A DNA stretch of 64,000 bases, taken from Histomonas meleagridis 2922-C6/04-290x. Lineage: Eukaryota; Protista; Parabasalia. A program made the position numbers and the translations under genes. The notes under the pieces are model-generated. The model did no database searches. It saw only the letters and a program-made list of their open reading frames with translations, and was not told where the DNA came from. Location of the stretch: the NCBI GenBank assembly GCA_020184695.1, contig JAANOX010000190.1:186001-250000 (forward strand). The letters run 5' to 3'. Of the stretch, positions 21,455 through 33,002 are shown one piece after another (positions within the stretch are counted from its first letter, which is position 1; each line of letters opens with the position of its first letter).

Positions 21455-22195
21455 ATGAATGAAAATTTAACAACAGATTTCATTATCGAGTTTGTAATTC
21501 ACAATATTAAATGTAAAAACTCAAAATGCTTGCCAATGCCACTGATTGTTAGTGTCCCAGGCTGCACTGATTTTGTTATTAATCCAAAAATTGCAACTGT
21601 CTGTAAAATAAGTTTCGAAAGTGGAAAAAGACTTAAGTTCACACACACAAACATGAAAGCAATGAAAATAGTATTTGCTTTAGTTGAATCATTTAATAAT
21701 AAGATAATTCATGGTTTTTGTTGTATTGACTTTTTTAATTTCCTTGATTCAATAGATGACTCAACACCACAAATTTTCAATGTAGAAGCAACTCTTGTTA
21801 CACCTAATGGGAAAATGTTTGGAATTTTAAATTTTTCATATCAATTCTTCAATATGGAAAGCTTCCAACAAACAAAGGAAGATCTAGCTATTTATTCTAC
21901 GAAGGTTTCTGCCACAAAACAACAAAATTCATCTATTTATACTCCTCGAAGAAAAATATCATTCCGTCCAACATCGCCAATTTCAGCATTTTCAGAGTCA
22001 AAGCCTCACACTCCTACATCGAGTAGGAGCTTTAGAACACACTCTGTTACAGATTCTTCAATTCATGAAAGATATCTATCCAAAAGTGAAACAACTAGTA
22101 AAAGCTCAAGCACAAGAACACCGCGCAGTGGAGGCGAAAATAGATCAAATACCAGTCCATTTTCCAGGAAAAGTCGTACTTCATCTTATCATTGA
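21455..22195 (+). CDS. Hypothetical protein (beta-rich N-terminal domain, Ser/Thr/Arg-rich tail)
   Basis: Clean 246-aa ORF with AACGGT motifs upstream; no family recognised. Confidence 0.55.
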   Translation: MNENLTTDFIIEFVIHNIKCKNSKCLPMPLIVSVPGCTDFVINPKIATVCKISFESGKRLKFTHTNMKAMKIVFALVESFNNKIIHGFCCIDFFNFLDSIDDSTPQIFNVEATLVTPNGKMFGILNFSYQFFNMESFQQTKEDLAIYSTKVSATKQQNSSIYTPRRKISFRPTSPISAFSESKPHTPTSSRSFRTHSVTDSSIHERYLSKSETTSKSSSTRTPRSGGENRSNTSPFSRKSRTSSYH

Positions 22196-22354
22196 TTGAT
22201 TTCACAAACTTTTTGTTATTAATAAAAAAAAATTGCGTTAATTTGTTTCTTTTATAAAATCACCAACAACGATTTTTATAAGTAATTTCGAAAAGTTAAA
22301 TTAAAATTCAATTATTACAAATTAATTTCACAAAAGCTTAACTCTAATTAACGT

Positions 22355-23050
22355 TTATTTTTTAGATTTTACAGGTTTGAAGAAATCTGAAATTTGTTTA
22401 TTGTTGGATTTCTTCTGTGGCTTCTTTTTGTTCTTTGGCTTCTTCTTTTCTTCATTTTCTACGACATTGTTGACTAACTGAGTAATGAACGATTCTGGAT
22501 AAATCTTTCGGAGCTCATTTTTAAGATTATTTGCAATATCAGTTGGGATTGAATGTCTAAGAATGTCATATGCAACTTCTATTTGGAATTTATCTTCAAG
22601 TGGATTTTGTTGGGAAAGGCAATTCATGAGAAGTTGGGTTTTGTTAATAAGAAATTCATAAGTTTTGTTTGCTGAAAAGTAATAAAGAGGGCCTTCACCC
22701 ATATCAAGAGAATCACATATAGTTGAAATATGCGGGATTAAAATTTCAGCAATTGGTTCTAATTCAGTTCCTTTAAAAAATTCGTCAGCAATAAGCATTT
22801 GTTTTCCCCTAGAACTAGCAATTGGAATAATTAAAAAAATTGGGTGCATTTTTAATGGTACTAATACAGCTCCATTTGAAACAAATTGTTCTCCAACAAA
22901 CCAAGAAGAATGAGGTCTATCGATAATTGATAATTCATAAATGGAAGAACCATTTACTAAAAATGTATGTTCTTTTCCAGTTCTAGGGTGATGAAAGGTA
23001 TAATATTTTGCTTCTTCTATTAAGTTTTCTGGGGAAAAAGCAACCCTCAT
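22355..23050 (-). CDS. RNASEH2B: Ribonuclease H2 non-catalytic subunit B
   Basis: FHHPRTGKEHTFL...IYEL...SSWFVGEQFVSNG...MHPIFLIIP, with a basic tail ending in a PIP-box-like QISDFF. Start at ATG 23050. Confidence 0.85.
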   Translation of the reverse strand: MRVAFSPENLIEEAKYYTFHHPRTGKEHTFLVNGSSIYELSIIDRPHSSWFVGEQFVSNGAVLVPLKMHPIFLIIPIASSRGKQMLIADEFFKGTELEPIAEILIPHISTICDSLDMGEGPLYYFSANKTYEFLINKTQLLMNCLSQQNPLEDKFQIEVAYDILRHSIPTDIANNLKNELRKIYPESFITQLVNNVVENEEKKKPKNKKKPQKKSNNKQISDFFKPVKSKK

Positions 23051-23122
23051 TGAACCAGAGACTAAGGGGCGCCCCAAATCCGTTTATACGAAAACGTTAA
23101 AATCCACCTGACCACAGATTAT

Positions 23123-25357
23123 ATGGGAAAAATTTGCAAATCTCTTGTATTAAAACAAACATACGAAAGCAAATGGACAAAAGATAGAATAAAACAAATA
23201 AATAATGGCTATTTTGCTGCAATTCATGGTTATGATTTATTAATTATTGATATAACTTCAGGTGAAACATTTGCAAAATTAGAGGCAGAACAAGAATCTG
23301 ATGATACAATATATGATTTTGTTGTTGATCCACTTCTTCGTTATGCAATTACATCACATGTATCACAACTGTTAAAAATGTGGATTCCGCAAAATGATGA
23401 ATGGTCAGTAGTTGCTCAATGGAAATGTCCTGGTAGATTTCCTGGTAATGTTCAACTTGATCCATCAGGTCAAATTCTTGCCTGTTCCACAGCCGCTTCT
23501 TCATGTTATCTTTTTTCATTACAAAACCAAAGTCTCATTCGTCGTTATGATATTCCCAAAGGCCAAACCACATATATGACATATGATTCTGCCGGACATT
23601 TATGGATTGGCGATAATTATGGTCATCTTACTGTCATTGATCATGAAAACAAGAAGACCAAAGTCATAAATAATGAAGATTCGCATCATCAAGCTGTTAC
23701 TTCGATTGTATCATTACATCCATATGTCATTACTTCGGGTCTTGATGAAGTTTTATTAGTATTTGACACTGATGGTGATGTTATCCAAAAGCCCGTTGCT
23801 ATAATGTACTCCATTAATTCTATTGTTGTTGATCCCGAACATCAAAACACTGTTTATGCAGCCACAACAGATGGCATCAAACGTGTAAACATTAGTGAGT
23901 TACGAATCCTTAAAATCAATTCCACTGAAGTCGATCAATTATTATATTTTGATCAATTATATTCATTTGATGCAGATGGTATTTTAAAGACGGTATTTAA
24001 TGATAATCCAATTTCATATTCGTTAACATTTAATCAAATTTATGATATTTCATATGATGAAAAAGAAGATGTTATAGCAGTTGCTACATCATCTAATCGA
24101 TTTTTAATACAATTATTAAAGGATCATCAAGCATATCAACTTTATGGCCATGAAAACACTCCGTTATGTTTAACGACATTTAATGGATTACTTTTAAGTG
24201 GTTCCAAAGATACAACTGCTAAGTTATGGTCATTAACAGAACAAAAATTATTATGTACATTAATTGGTCATACAGAACCAGTTACAGCAGTAAGTTTTAT
24301 ACCGAAATCGAATTGTGTATTAACAGGAAGTTCGGATAAAACATTAAAACTTTGGCGTCCAGTTGAATCAGTTACTGAAATTAAATCTGCTTTAGCATCC
24401 GTAATAGCGCATGATAAAGAAATTAATACTATAACTGTATCAATTGATGGCAAATATATCGCTACAGGTTCACAAGATAAAACAGCGAAATTATGGAAAC
24501 TTGAAAATGATACAATAACATACTTAAGAACATTTGTCGGACATAAAAGAGGAATTTCGAGTTTAGCATTTTCATCTGTTGAAATGGTTTTAGCGACATC
24601 GAGTTCCGATAATAGTATTAAGTTATGGAATATCAATGATGGAACATGTATCTCAACATTTACTGAGTTTTCATCGACAGTATTACGTTTAATGTTTATT
24701 AACAATGGGTTACAATTATTAACATGTGAATCATCCGGAACTATTAAAGTAATTAGAATTAAAACTGGAGCACCTGATTTCATTAATGATTCATCACATA
24801 ATGGACAAATTTGGGGACTTTCCATTATGAATGATGATTATGTTACTGCTGCTTCTGATGGTAAAATATGTGTATGGAAAGATAACACTGAAGAAATCGA
24901 AGCTGCAGAACTCGCGGCAAAAGCTGAAGCTGCTGAAGCTGAACAAGAACTAAAGAACGCTTTAAATAATGACGAGTTAGTTAAAGCGTTAAGAATCGCA
25001 TTCAAGTTTAGAATGCCAAATAAGTTACGCCTCATAATACGGAAAATTAGCGAAAGTGGATCAGACGCATTGTTGCAATATTTCACGGAATTGGAGGAAA
25101 TTCCGGACTTCGTACAATGGATCGATTACATCGCTAAATGGACAACAAACTCAAAGTGGGCGGACGACGCAACAGAGGCATTGACTGCTTTGCTGAGAGT
25201 GAAAACTTTGGACTTCTTCATACATTATAAAAAGGAGTTCAGAGAGAAAATCGATGCAATGATTCCTTACTTGGAGAGACATATGGGAAGATTGGATAGA
25301 TTGGCGGTGCAGGCGTATGCTATCGATGATGTGATTAATACAATTTCTAATGAATAA
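23123..25357 (+). CDS. UTP13: U3 snoRNP WD40 protein Utp13/TBL3
   Basis: Tandem WD repeats (AHDKEINTITVS...ATGSQDKTAKLW; GHKRGISSLAFS) and a C-terminal helical domain with KWTTNSK...LMIPYLERHMGRLDRL. Confidence 0.88.
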   Translation: MGKICKSLVLKQTYESKWTKDRIKQINNGYFAAIHGYDLLIIDITSGETFAKLEAEQESDDTIYDFVVDPLLRYAITSHVSQLLKMWIPQNDEWSVVAQWKCPGRFPGNVQLDPSGQILACSTAASSCYLFSLQNQSLIRRYDIPKGQTTYMTYDSAGHLWIGDNYGHLTVIDHENKKTKVINNEDSHHQAVTSIVSLHPYVITSGLDEVLLVFDTDGDVIQKPVAIMYSINSIVVDPEHQNTVYAATTDGIKRVNISELRILKINSTEVDQLLYFDQLYSFDADGILKTVFNDNPISYSLTFNQIYDISYDEKEDVIAVATSSNRFLIQLLKDHQAYQLYGHENTPLCLTTFNGLLLSGSKDTTAKLWSLTEQKLLCTLIGHTEPVTAVSFIPKSNCVLTGSSDKTLKLWRPVESVTEIKSALASVIAHDKEINTITVSIDGKYIATGSQDKTAKLWKLENDTITYLRTFVGHKRGISSLAFSSVEMVLATSSSDNSIKLWNINDGTCISTFTEFSSTVLRLMFINNGLQLLTCESSGTIKVIRIKTGAPDFINDSSHNGQIWGLSIMNDDYVTAASDGKICVWKDNTEEIEAAELAAKAEAAEAEQELKNALNNDELVKALRIAFKFRMPNKLRLIIRKISESGSDALLQYFTELEEIPDFVQWIDYIAKWTTNSKWADDATEALTALLRVKTLDFFIHYKKEFREKIDAMIPYLERHMGRLDRLAVQAYAIDDVINTISNE

Positions 25358-25804
25358 ATAAATAAAAATTTGGTAAATAAATATTATACAATTACAATAA
25401 ATTTAATTTTCCACTTGATGTAATTGTGCGGAACAAACGTAGAATTAATGAACTCAATCGCAAGACCATTTTCAGTGATTTTTATATACTTTTTTCGCTT
25501 AATTTTGTTTTCAATATTGAATTTTAATGTGACCAATTCATGATATAACAACATAATTGAAGCATGCATAACTAAATATAAATATATTTTCGAAAATTTC
25601 ACACCCCACCAGCCCAGAGGACAATTAGAGAAAAATGTTTTTTGTGAATCAATAAATATATATACTTTTAATTGGAGATAACAATGAGCCTACTTTTATT
25701 ATTTTATTTATGAATTAAAATATTTTCATCTCAGCTTGAACAATTCAACTTTCTGATTATTTAAACAAATTTGAATTGATATATCCGTTATTAATATTTT
25801 CCAC

Positions 25805-26350
25805 ATGGGACCAAATGAACATTGCGACTGGGAAACACATCTATCAATAAATCAAGAAATTATTAGTTTTAATGAAGAAAATTTCTCTAAATCTTTAGGT
25901 TTAATAATCAACAAATTTGATGAAATCCATCCTTTATCTTATGATTTAATTATTATTAAAATGATATATTATTCCTTTGTAATTAAAAACAATAAAAAGA
26001 ATTTATTTTTGAATATTATAAAAGAAATAAGAACATTTGAAGAGTGTAATAAAATCAAATCGAATATATTTGATATATTTGGACTATTTCTTAAAAATAA
26101 ACATACAGATTATTTTATACAGCACTCACGTTAGCATCAAAAAATGGTCATATAGAAATATTTAAATTACTTCTTGAACAAGAAGGAATTGATATTAATG
26201 CTAAAGATTTTTATCTAATATTCGTTCTAATAATAAGATATTACAAAATAATATTTGGAATTTATTTAAAATATTTCAAACAGCACTTATGTTAGCATTT
26301 GAAAAATGTTATACAGAAATATTTAAATTACTTCTTGAACAAAAAGCATA
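25805..26350 (+). pseudogene. Internally deleted DUF3447/ankyrin family member with spacer-interrupted repeats (locus 3)
   Basis: The family N-terminus (ORF 25805..26134) joins directly to a unit at 26119 (TALTLASKNGHIEIFKLLLEQEGIDINAKD), followed by a 71-nt spacer and a partial unit at 26280. Confidence 0.75.
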
Positions 26351-26477
26351 GATATATTAATATTTACGATCTCTGTATTATAATCAATCTTAAAACAAAT
26401 TCAAAATCTAAAAAGGTTTCAAATTAGAAATTATTATAATTGCATAATGAAATAGAAATTCAATTTTACTAAACAAA

Positions 26478-27905
26478 TTACTTATTTTTCATCAAAATAT
26501 TTTCACTTGAGCAAATTGATTCCGAAAATATTTTCAAATTTACCGATTTTTCGCTATTTTTAATCATTTTCTTAATCAATTTCAACTCATAAAATGAAAT
26601 TCCTCCCAAAACAATTACATAAACCCCACTAAAGTCCTTTAAAGTTTTCTTTTTGGAGCTAAAGAACTTACTAAATAATCCCTCAGCAGGTTGAATTCCA
26701 TCTTCCAATTTTACGTCATTAAAAATTATTCCTTTTAATAACTTTGGCAAATAAAACAAATCCTCTAAATTATTTTCTTTTTTCTGGTTAAGGTTACAAT
26801 TCGATTTACAATTTTCGAAGATACTTTGAATTTCATCCTCATTTCTCATATCGCTCATGCCACTGTTACAATTCCGAAAAGCGGTTAAAACCTCAGAATT
26901 AATGTCAAAACCGCCAAAACAATGGAGGAATCCAATTAATGGCAAACTTTTCCGCAAATCATACGAAACAGTAGAGATTAAATCTTCAAAATCAGCACCC
27001 TGGAGGATCGAGCTTTCGAGTTGTTCAAGCTCGATATCATCTGATGAGTCATTAAATATATGTGGTAATGATGGATGTGCTTTAGTTAGCTCAAATTGTT
27101 CATTAGGCGTGAGGCTTTTCCAATGCTTTAGTAAGCTGTTATATGTTTTATGTGTACTTGTGAGTTGGAAAAATTCGGAGATCTGATTAAGAAGTTCTTG
27201 TTCACCATAATTTAACTCAGTAGAAATAAATGTGGAATCAATGAGAGTGGAAACAGTGCTATGTGATGAAGATTTATCAAGATATGATCCTTGATGTACA
27301 AATAAAGGGGTAATAATTTCGGAACGATCAATAAGAAATACAGCTGTGGACACCTCACTATGCTTAGTATTCCACCCAGACTCTAATAAACTTCGAATTT
27401 TGTTGCTATAAGGTCCATAACTAAAAAATGATGTAACAGAATTATCTAAAATGGATAATAAATTGTCTGTAATAACTTGGTCAGGGATGTCAGTTCTAAG
27501 GCCTAATTGTATTGGAAGTGTTTTTGGAAAGATTGGTAATATTTCAAATAAATCATCTATTTGAATGGAAACTTGTGGAATTGTATATTCAATGTCAGGA
27601 GTTGTTCCTATTATATGAATATCAAACCCAAAATTATCCAAGATTTGAATTTGATTATCATAATTAGATATTGGTCGAGTTATAAATAGAGCAATGTGCT
27701 CAAAATCTATAGTTGACATAAGACGTTCGATTAAAGATTTTACTTTTTCAGGATCACCTAGAGTACAAATTAATAAAAACAATGAAGGAACATATTTCAT
27801 TATACCACCAGAAAGAGCAATTGCATCTGATGCTTGTTCATCGGCTAATAAAATTGTATTTTGAGGAATTTCGATATCTTGGAAAATATTTATGTGTTTC
27901 GCCAT
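26478..27905 (-). CDS. Divergent Sec1/Munc18 family protein
   Basis: TILLADEQAS, VFLIDRSEIITPLFVHQGSY, VYVIVLGGISFYELKLI. Confidence 0.75.
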   Translation of the reverse strand: MAKHINIFQDIEIPQNTILLADEQASDAIALSGGIMKYVPSLFLLICTLGDPEKVKSLIERLMSTIDFEHIALFITRPISNYDNQIQILDNFGFDIHIIGTTPDIEYTIPQVSIQIDDLFEILPIFPKTLPIQLGLRTDIPDQVITDNLLSILDNSVTSFFSYGPYSNKIRSLLESGWNTKHSEVSTAVFLIDRSEIITPLFVHQGSYLDKSSSHSTVSTLIDSTFISTELNYGEQELLNQISEFFQLTSTHKTYNSLLKHWKSLTPNEQFELTKAHPSLPHIFNDSSDDIELEQLESSILQGADFEDLISTVSYDLRKSLPLIGFLHCFGGFDINSEVLTAFRNCNSGMSDMRNEDEIQSIFENCKSNCNLNQKKENNLEDLFYLPKLLKGIIFNDVKLEDGIQPAEGLFSKFFSSKKKTLKDFSGVYVIVLGGISFYELKLIKKMIKNSEKSVNLKIFSESICSSENILMKNK

Positions 27906-27961
27906 TTGTCACTTTTTAATATAGTGTTGAAACAAATTTAAAAGGTTTAAAGCGGCATAAA

Positions 27962-28342
27962 ATGGTATTCAAAAAGTCACTTTTATTGCCGCCACCAAAT
28001 GAACTAAGGCGGGCCCGCCTAATGATTTATCATTTTTTGTTAATGAGTTCTCAGGAAAATGATGCATTTTATTCTCCATCAGAAATGAGCTCTCCAATAC
28101 ATGTTCCTGAACTCAATTTAGCTACAGAAGAAAAAGGTTGCTTGATTTCAATTAATCTTCAAGAACAACCAAAACAAATAGAAAGCTACTTATCTTCATT
28201 TACAATCCGTCCAAAAAGGCAAGTAAGCTTACCAAAGAAGCCTTATGTATTTAAGCCATTTCAATCATTTTTCGAAACTGAAAATGTTGTTCAGCAGCTC
28301 CACCTTATCTTTAGCGAAAAGGAAAGCCAGAAACATGAATAG
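27962..28342 (+). CDS. Hypothetical protein
   Basis: 126-aa ORF divergent from the SM gene across a 56-bp gap; no family recognised. Confidence 0.4.
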   Translation: MVFKKSLLLPPPNELRRARLMIYHFLLMSSQENDAFYSPSEMSSPIHVPELNLATEEKGCLISINLQEQPKQIESYLSSFTIRPKRQVSLPKKPYVFKPFQSFFETENVVQQLHLIFSEKESQKHE

Positions 28343-28678
28343 AAGCCTAATTTGTATTCAAAATAAATAAATTATATTTTTAGATTATTTTGGTTTCTGA
28401 TTAATAATTTACATGAATTCGTTTAATATTGTAAAGCTCTTAAGAGTTCATGGGTTAAATGAACAAGTTAATCGTGTTCAATTTGCAAATTGATTAAAAT
28501 TGAAAATATTTCAAATTATTTAATCATTAAAAAGTTTTTGTTTGTAAAAGAACTACACACGTTCAGTATTGGTATAAGATTTCTTTCCAAAAAGAAGTTA
28601 ATCAAAGCATTTAGTTGAACGTTAAATTTTTATTTGACACTTTTTTCAATACGATACGGTTTTGACACGCAATCAGCT

Positions 28679-30688
28679 ATGAGTGGAAAACCAAAAGACC
28701 CAAACCGTAAGCGCCGCGGAAGGCCACCAAAGAACCACAATCGTAATCCTCCAAAGCAAGCAACTCCTAAAGTTGAGTTGCCCAAACAAGATGCACCCAA
28801 AATCACAATTTCGATTGAGCATCCAAAAGATCCTCTTCGCATTGTATTACCAAACGGTAACGAAGCTACACCAACAACAAAGCCACAAACTCAACCACAA
28901 CAACCAGTTCTCCAAATCACACGCCCAACATCCACCAAATGCGTTCTCTCTGTTTCACCAGAGGCAGCGCAGCACATGCTTGAGCGCAAAGCGGAGCACA
29001 CTTACACAATCAAACAAATGCGTGCTAAACGTCATACACATGAACTTGCATCTCAAAGTGTTTTCAGATTCCACGCCGAGCTACAACTTTATAAGCGTTA
29101 TATTTCGGGCGGTGCTCATCGTAAGAAAGTGAATTCACAAAAAGCAAATATTGCAGTTCTTCAACAACGAATCAACAATATTCTTCTTCAATTTAATGTC
29201 AACACTTTCCATATTACATTCAACCAAATCTTATCACTTGGTATTGAAAGTGATACATTTGTTTTATCATTTGTCAATGTTGTTTTCAAGCAAGCAGCAC
29301 TTAATCCAAGCCTTGCATTACTCTTCTCTGTTCTTTCAGCTAATGTTATGTATGTTCTTAAGCGAACTAAGTATGCAAATATGTTACGAAACTTATTCCA
29401 AGAACGATGCAAAGAATCATTTGCGGTACCTAAGAACGACACTGACAAAGGGACCTTCTTCTTGTTACGAGGCGTTGTAGTCTTTGCTGGGCATCTTTTC
29501 AGAGACGGCATCATTCAGATGTCACTTTTGTCTCAATTTGCGAATGAGTTAATCAAATCAAAAGAACCGAAATCGGTTCAATTACTGATAAGTTTATTCA
29601 TTCATGGCGGAACTAATCTCATTGAGCAAAACAAAGAAATATTAACAACATTATCGAAACGAATGGAAGAAATTCATGATGAAGAAATCATTAATGAATA
29701 TAATGAATTATGTGAAATGACTAAAACCGGTCTGAAAGAAAACGAACAAAGCGAAAGAGAATTAAAGCATCCTGAAATGCAGCATTCGCCTTCGATCGAT
29801 CAAGATTTAGATATGAAATATCCTTCGCTATTCAAACACAGTGAGTCAATTCCAGCGCAGCTATCGGCTTTGTCAGGTGAAGAAGAAGACGATAAGACGA
29901 TGGAATCTATCGTCGGCGGTTACCTGTACTCAAGTAATCCAGACGAATTTGCGGTTAAAATTGAGAAGATCGGTTACCATAAGAACGATCAAAAAACGGC
30001 GGTTGACTTGATTCGAGCTGTTGCAAAACAACCGGAACAAAATCAACTTGTGGTAAGTGAACTGGTGTTGTCGATGAGGAACGCTGGTTACTTCGATGAT
30101 ACAATGCTCAAAAATGCAATTAAAATTGTATCTAAAGAATTTGCAAACGAAGTAGCACCAGCTATTGCTCTTGGACGGATATACGCTATTCTGGTGAACG
30201 AGGAAATCACAACGTTTGATGACTTTGTTGATTTATTTGGTGATATGAAAGGAATTTGGAAATCAGTAATTCCTTCGATATTCACATTCGTGGACCAAAT
30301 TTGCGGATCGTGGTTCGATAATATGATGGAAAGCCAATTTTGGAGAGATCTCGATTTCATCGATGCAAAGACATTCGAAGAGAAACTCGACAAAATGAAG
30401 GAATGGGACATTGCTGATGTGTACCCGCATTATGATGCAGCGAACGGATTCATACAACTTGTCAAAGAAGGAAAAGATCCGTCTGATTACATATCGAAAC
30501 TTGACCAAACTGTAAGTCGCGACGAACTAACAAAACTTATCATACAGCAAATGGAGGCACTCGATGATAAGGAAATAGATAACGTCGTTACGAAGATGAA
30601 GGAGTTCTTCAGAGCTGAAAAGGAAATCATCGAATCAATGGCCACCAAATCAAAGGTCGCGGCGAAAGTATCCCAACTGCTTCAGTAA
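28679..30688 (+). CDS. eIF4G-like scaffold (MIF4G plus MA3/HEAT region)
   Basis: Pro/Lys-rich N-terminus, YTIKQMR (4E-binding-like), MIF4G-like FVNVVFKQAALNPSLALLFSVLSA...RGVVVFAGHLF and a C-terminal helical domain. Start at ATG 28679. Confidence 0.7.
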   Translation: MSGKPKDPNRKRRGRPPKNHNRNPPKQATPKVELPKQDAPKITISIEHPKDPLRIVLPNGNEATPTTKPQTQPQQPVLQITRPTSTKCVLSVSPEAAQHMLERKAEHTYTIKQMRAKRHTHELASQSVFRFHAELQLYKRYISGGAHRKKVNSQKANIAVLQQRINNILLQFNVNTFHITFNQILSLGIESDTFVLSFVNVVFKQAALNPSLALLFSVLSANVMYVLKRTKYANMLRNLFQERCKESFAVPKNDTDKGTFFLLRGVVVFAGHLFRDGIIQMSLLSQFANELIKSKEPKSVQLLISLFIHGGTNLIEQNKEILTTLSKRMEEIHDEEIINEYNELCEMTKTGLKENEQSERELKHPEMQHSPSIDQDLDMKYPSLFKHSESIPAQLSALSGEEEDDKTMESIVGGYLYSSNPDEFAVKIEKIGYHKNDQKTAVDLIRAVAKQPEQNQLVVSELVLSMRNAGYFDDTMLKNAIKIVSKEFANEVAPAIALGRIYAILVNEEITTFDDFVDLFGDMKGIWKSVIPSIFTFVDQICGSWFDNMMESQFWRDLDFIDAKTFEEKLDKMKEWDIADVYPHYDAANGFIQLVKEGKDPSDYISKLDQTVSRDELTKLIIQQMEALDDKEIDNVVTKMKEFFRAEKEIIESMATKSKVAAKVSQLLQ

Positions 30689-30985
30689 ATGAGTTGAAGC
30701 TTACATTCGTTTTTTTGTTTTGAAATCGAATTTGATGTAAATGAGATACAATGTGACGCTGATTGGAAGTGTGATGAACACATAACCCGCGAATGCTTTT
30801 GCCTTCGAAAATCTATGGTAAGTATGTGTTTTAGTTGTGAAAACACGTAATTTTATAAAATGTGCCACCACATTTTTGATGTAAATCATTGAAATTGACA
30901 GGACGCGACGGTTATTTCAAGGAATAATTAAATTCATATCTGGTCGAATCAGGCTGAAAATTTTGTTGTAAATGTGAAATTAAAA

Positions 30986-32070
30986 ATGTTTCAGCTCCTC
31001 ATTGCAATTGTAACTTCGACTGCAATAACATATACAGTAAGATCTGGTGATACATTAACATCAATTGCACAACTTTTTAGTGTCACAATTGCACAAATTC
31101 AAGAATGGAACGGAATTTCAAATCCAAACTTCATTACAGTTGGACAAGTTCTTAATATTAAAGAAGCGAAAAGAACATATATTACATATACAGTTAAATC
31201 AGGTGATTCACTTTCAGTGATTGCAGCAAACTATGGACTTACAACGGAAGATCTTGCAATATCCAATATGAAAGCATACCCATACACACTTTATGTTGGA
31301 GAAGTTCTCTTAATTCCAGTTCCACTTCCAACACCATCACGATCGCCGACAGCTTCACCTTCGAAATCGCCAACCCCATCACTTTCACCACTAGCGAACA
31401 TTACCACTGATTCGTATGTTGTTCAACGCGGGGATACACTCTTTAGCATTGCTATTGAACATCACACTACAGTTGAAAATATTTGTATTATTAATGAGAT
31501 TAAAGATCCAAATCTTATTTATGATGGACAACTTCTTCAACTTCCGAAATCGACAGAATCTATCGATAATTTTTCTAATGAACCGATTGTCTAACAAATT
31601 TATCATTTCTTGCTCATCGCCTTCAAATGTTTGGATGGTATAATACGTCAGAAGCCATTGTCAGCGATCTTCAGAAATGCGTTGAAGAGTTCATCAGTAG
31701 TCGACAATCATTTTTACGTTTCATAAGTCACTGTGCATATAAATCGAATTTTGGATTATATACACATAACACGAAAGAAGATATTAATACGAAATACACA
31801 GGAAGTGGATATCTCCAAATTGAAGGGTATTCTAAATACGAAGAATTTTCAGAATATATTTCAGATTCGAAAGTTGTTGACGAAGGTCATTTGTATGTAT
31901 CTGAACATTATCCATTTCTTATTTCAGGATATTATTGGAGACGCGAAGGTATTGACTCGTATTGCTGCCAAGGGATCAGTGAAGAAGAAATCGCACTTCG
32001 ACTTTATGGGAAATATGAAGGAGCTGAAAACATTCGAGAATATTACCAACGCGCGCTTGGCATCTTCTAA
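30986..32070 (+). CDS. Secreted LysMx3 + GH19-like protein, copy A (single frameshift near 31580)
   Basis: Signal peptide and three LysM repeats (YTVRSGDTLTSIA, YTVKSGDSLSVIA, YVVQRGDTLFSIA). The GH19-like domain lies in ORF 31627..32070; one added base near 31581 joins the two. Confidence 0.8.
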
Positions 32071-33002
32071 AGATATTTATAGTGTATTTAAATGTTTTTT
32101 GTTTTTGTTACTTAATTTTTTTGTGCATGACAAAATAATACTAAATCTATAAAGTGTTGTTATCTATCGATGCCAAAAATTGAGAGCGCGCCGATCTGTA
32201 AGAACAGTTCGTAACGTTTTCATAACGTTCAAGTGTATGTAAATCATATAAAAAGCCAAAACTTATTCAACGCTTATTTGGTCGGGGAACTTTTTGATCA
32301 TATAATGTGCACTTTTTAAAATCAAAGAAGCAAACACTTGATGAATAAAAGAAAAAATGATTCATATAAATCATTGTTTGATTAACTGTCTAAAATAGAT
32401 GCAGTTGTATCAGGTATGGAGCACAAGTCCGCCGAAGGATTAAGTATGAAAAGAAATTCTTGATATACCAATGTTATCATGTAAAATCCATCGTTTCTTA
32501 TATAAATAACTGTGTGCTTATGCTATTTATATGAATTTTCAAAATTATTAAAATTAATTTTTGAATTTTGGATCAAAAATATAAAAAAATAAATATGCAT
32601 AACAAAATACAACAATATATTCAAGTAATCATTGGATTTCACTTGCGTTGCAAAAAGAGTTTTAACTTTCAACTTTTTATGCAATGATTCAAAGTAATAT
32701 AAAATCTTTTCGTTATGAAAAATATTTCATAAGAGAATATTCTCGCACAATAACAAGCGTTTGTTCACCAATATCATACAACACCACTATCTCTATAATG
32801 AAAAACTTAGTCGAGCGACATTTATCGACTAGTTAATTAACCGAAAAAGTTAACAAAAAAAAAAATCAATAAAAACGATCAAAATCGATTTTGAAACGGA
32901 ATTGAATGCTTCAAAGAGAAATTCGGTTCACAATTTTTTCAAAAATTGTGTAAGATAAAACTACAAAAGCATTAGAAAACTGATTTCAATGTGGTTCCAA
33001 AA

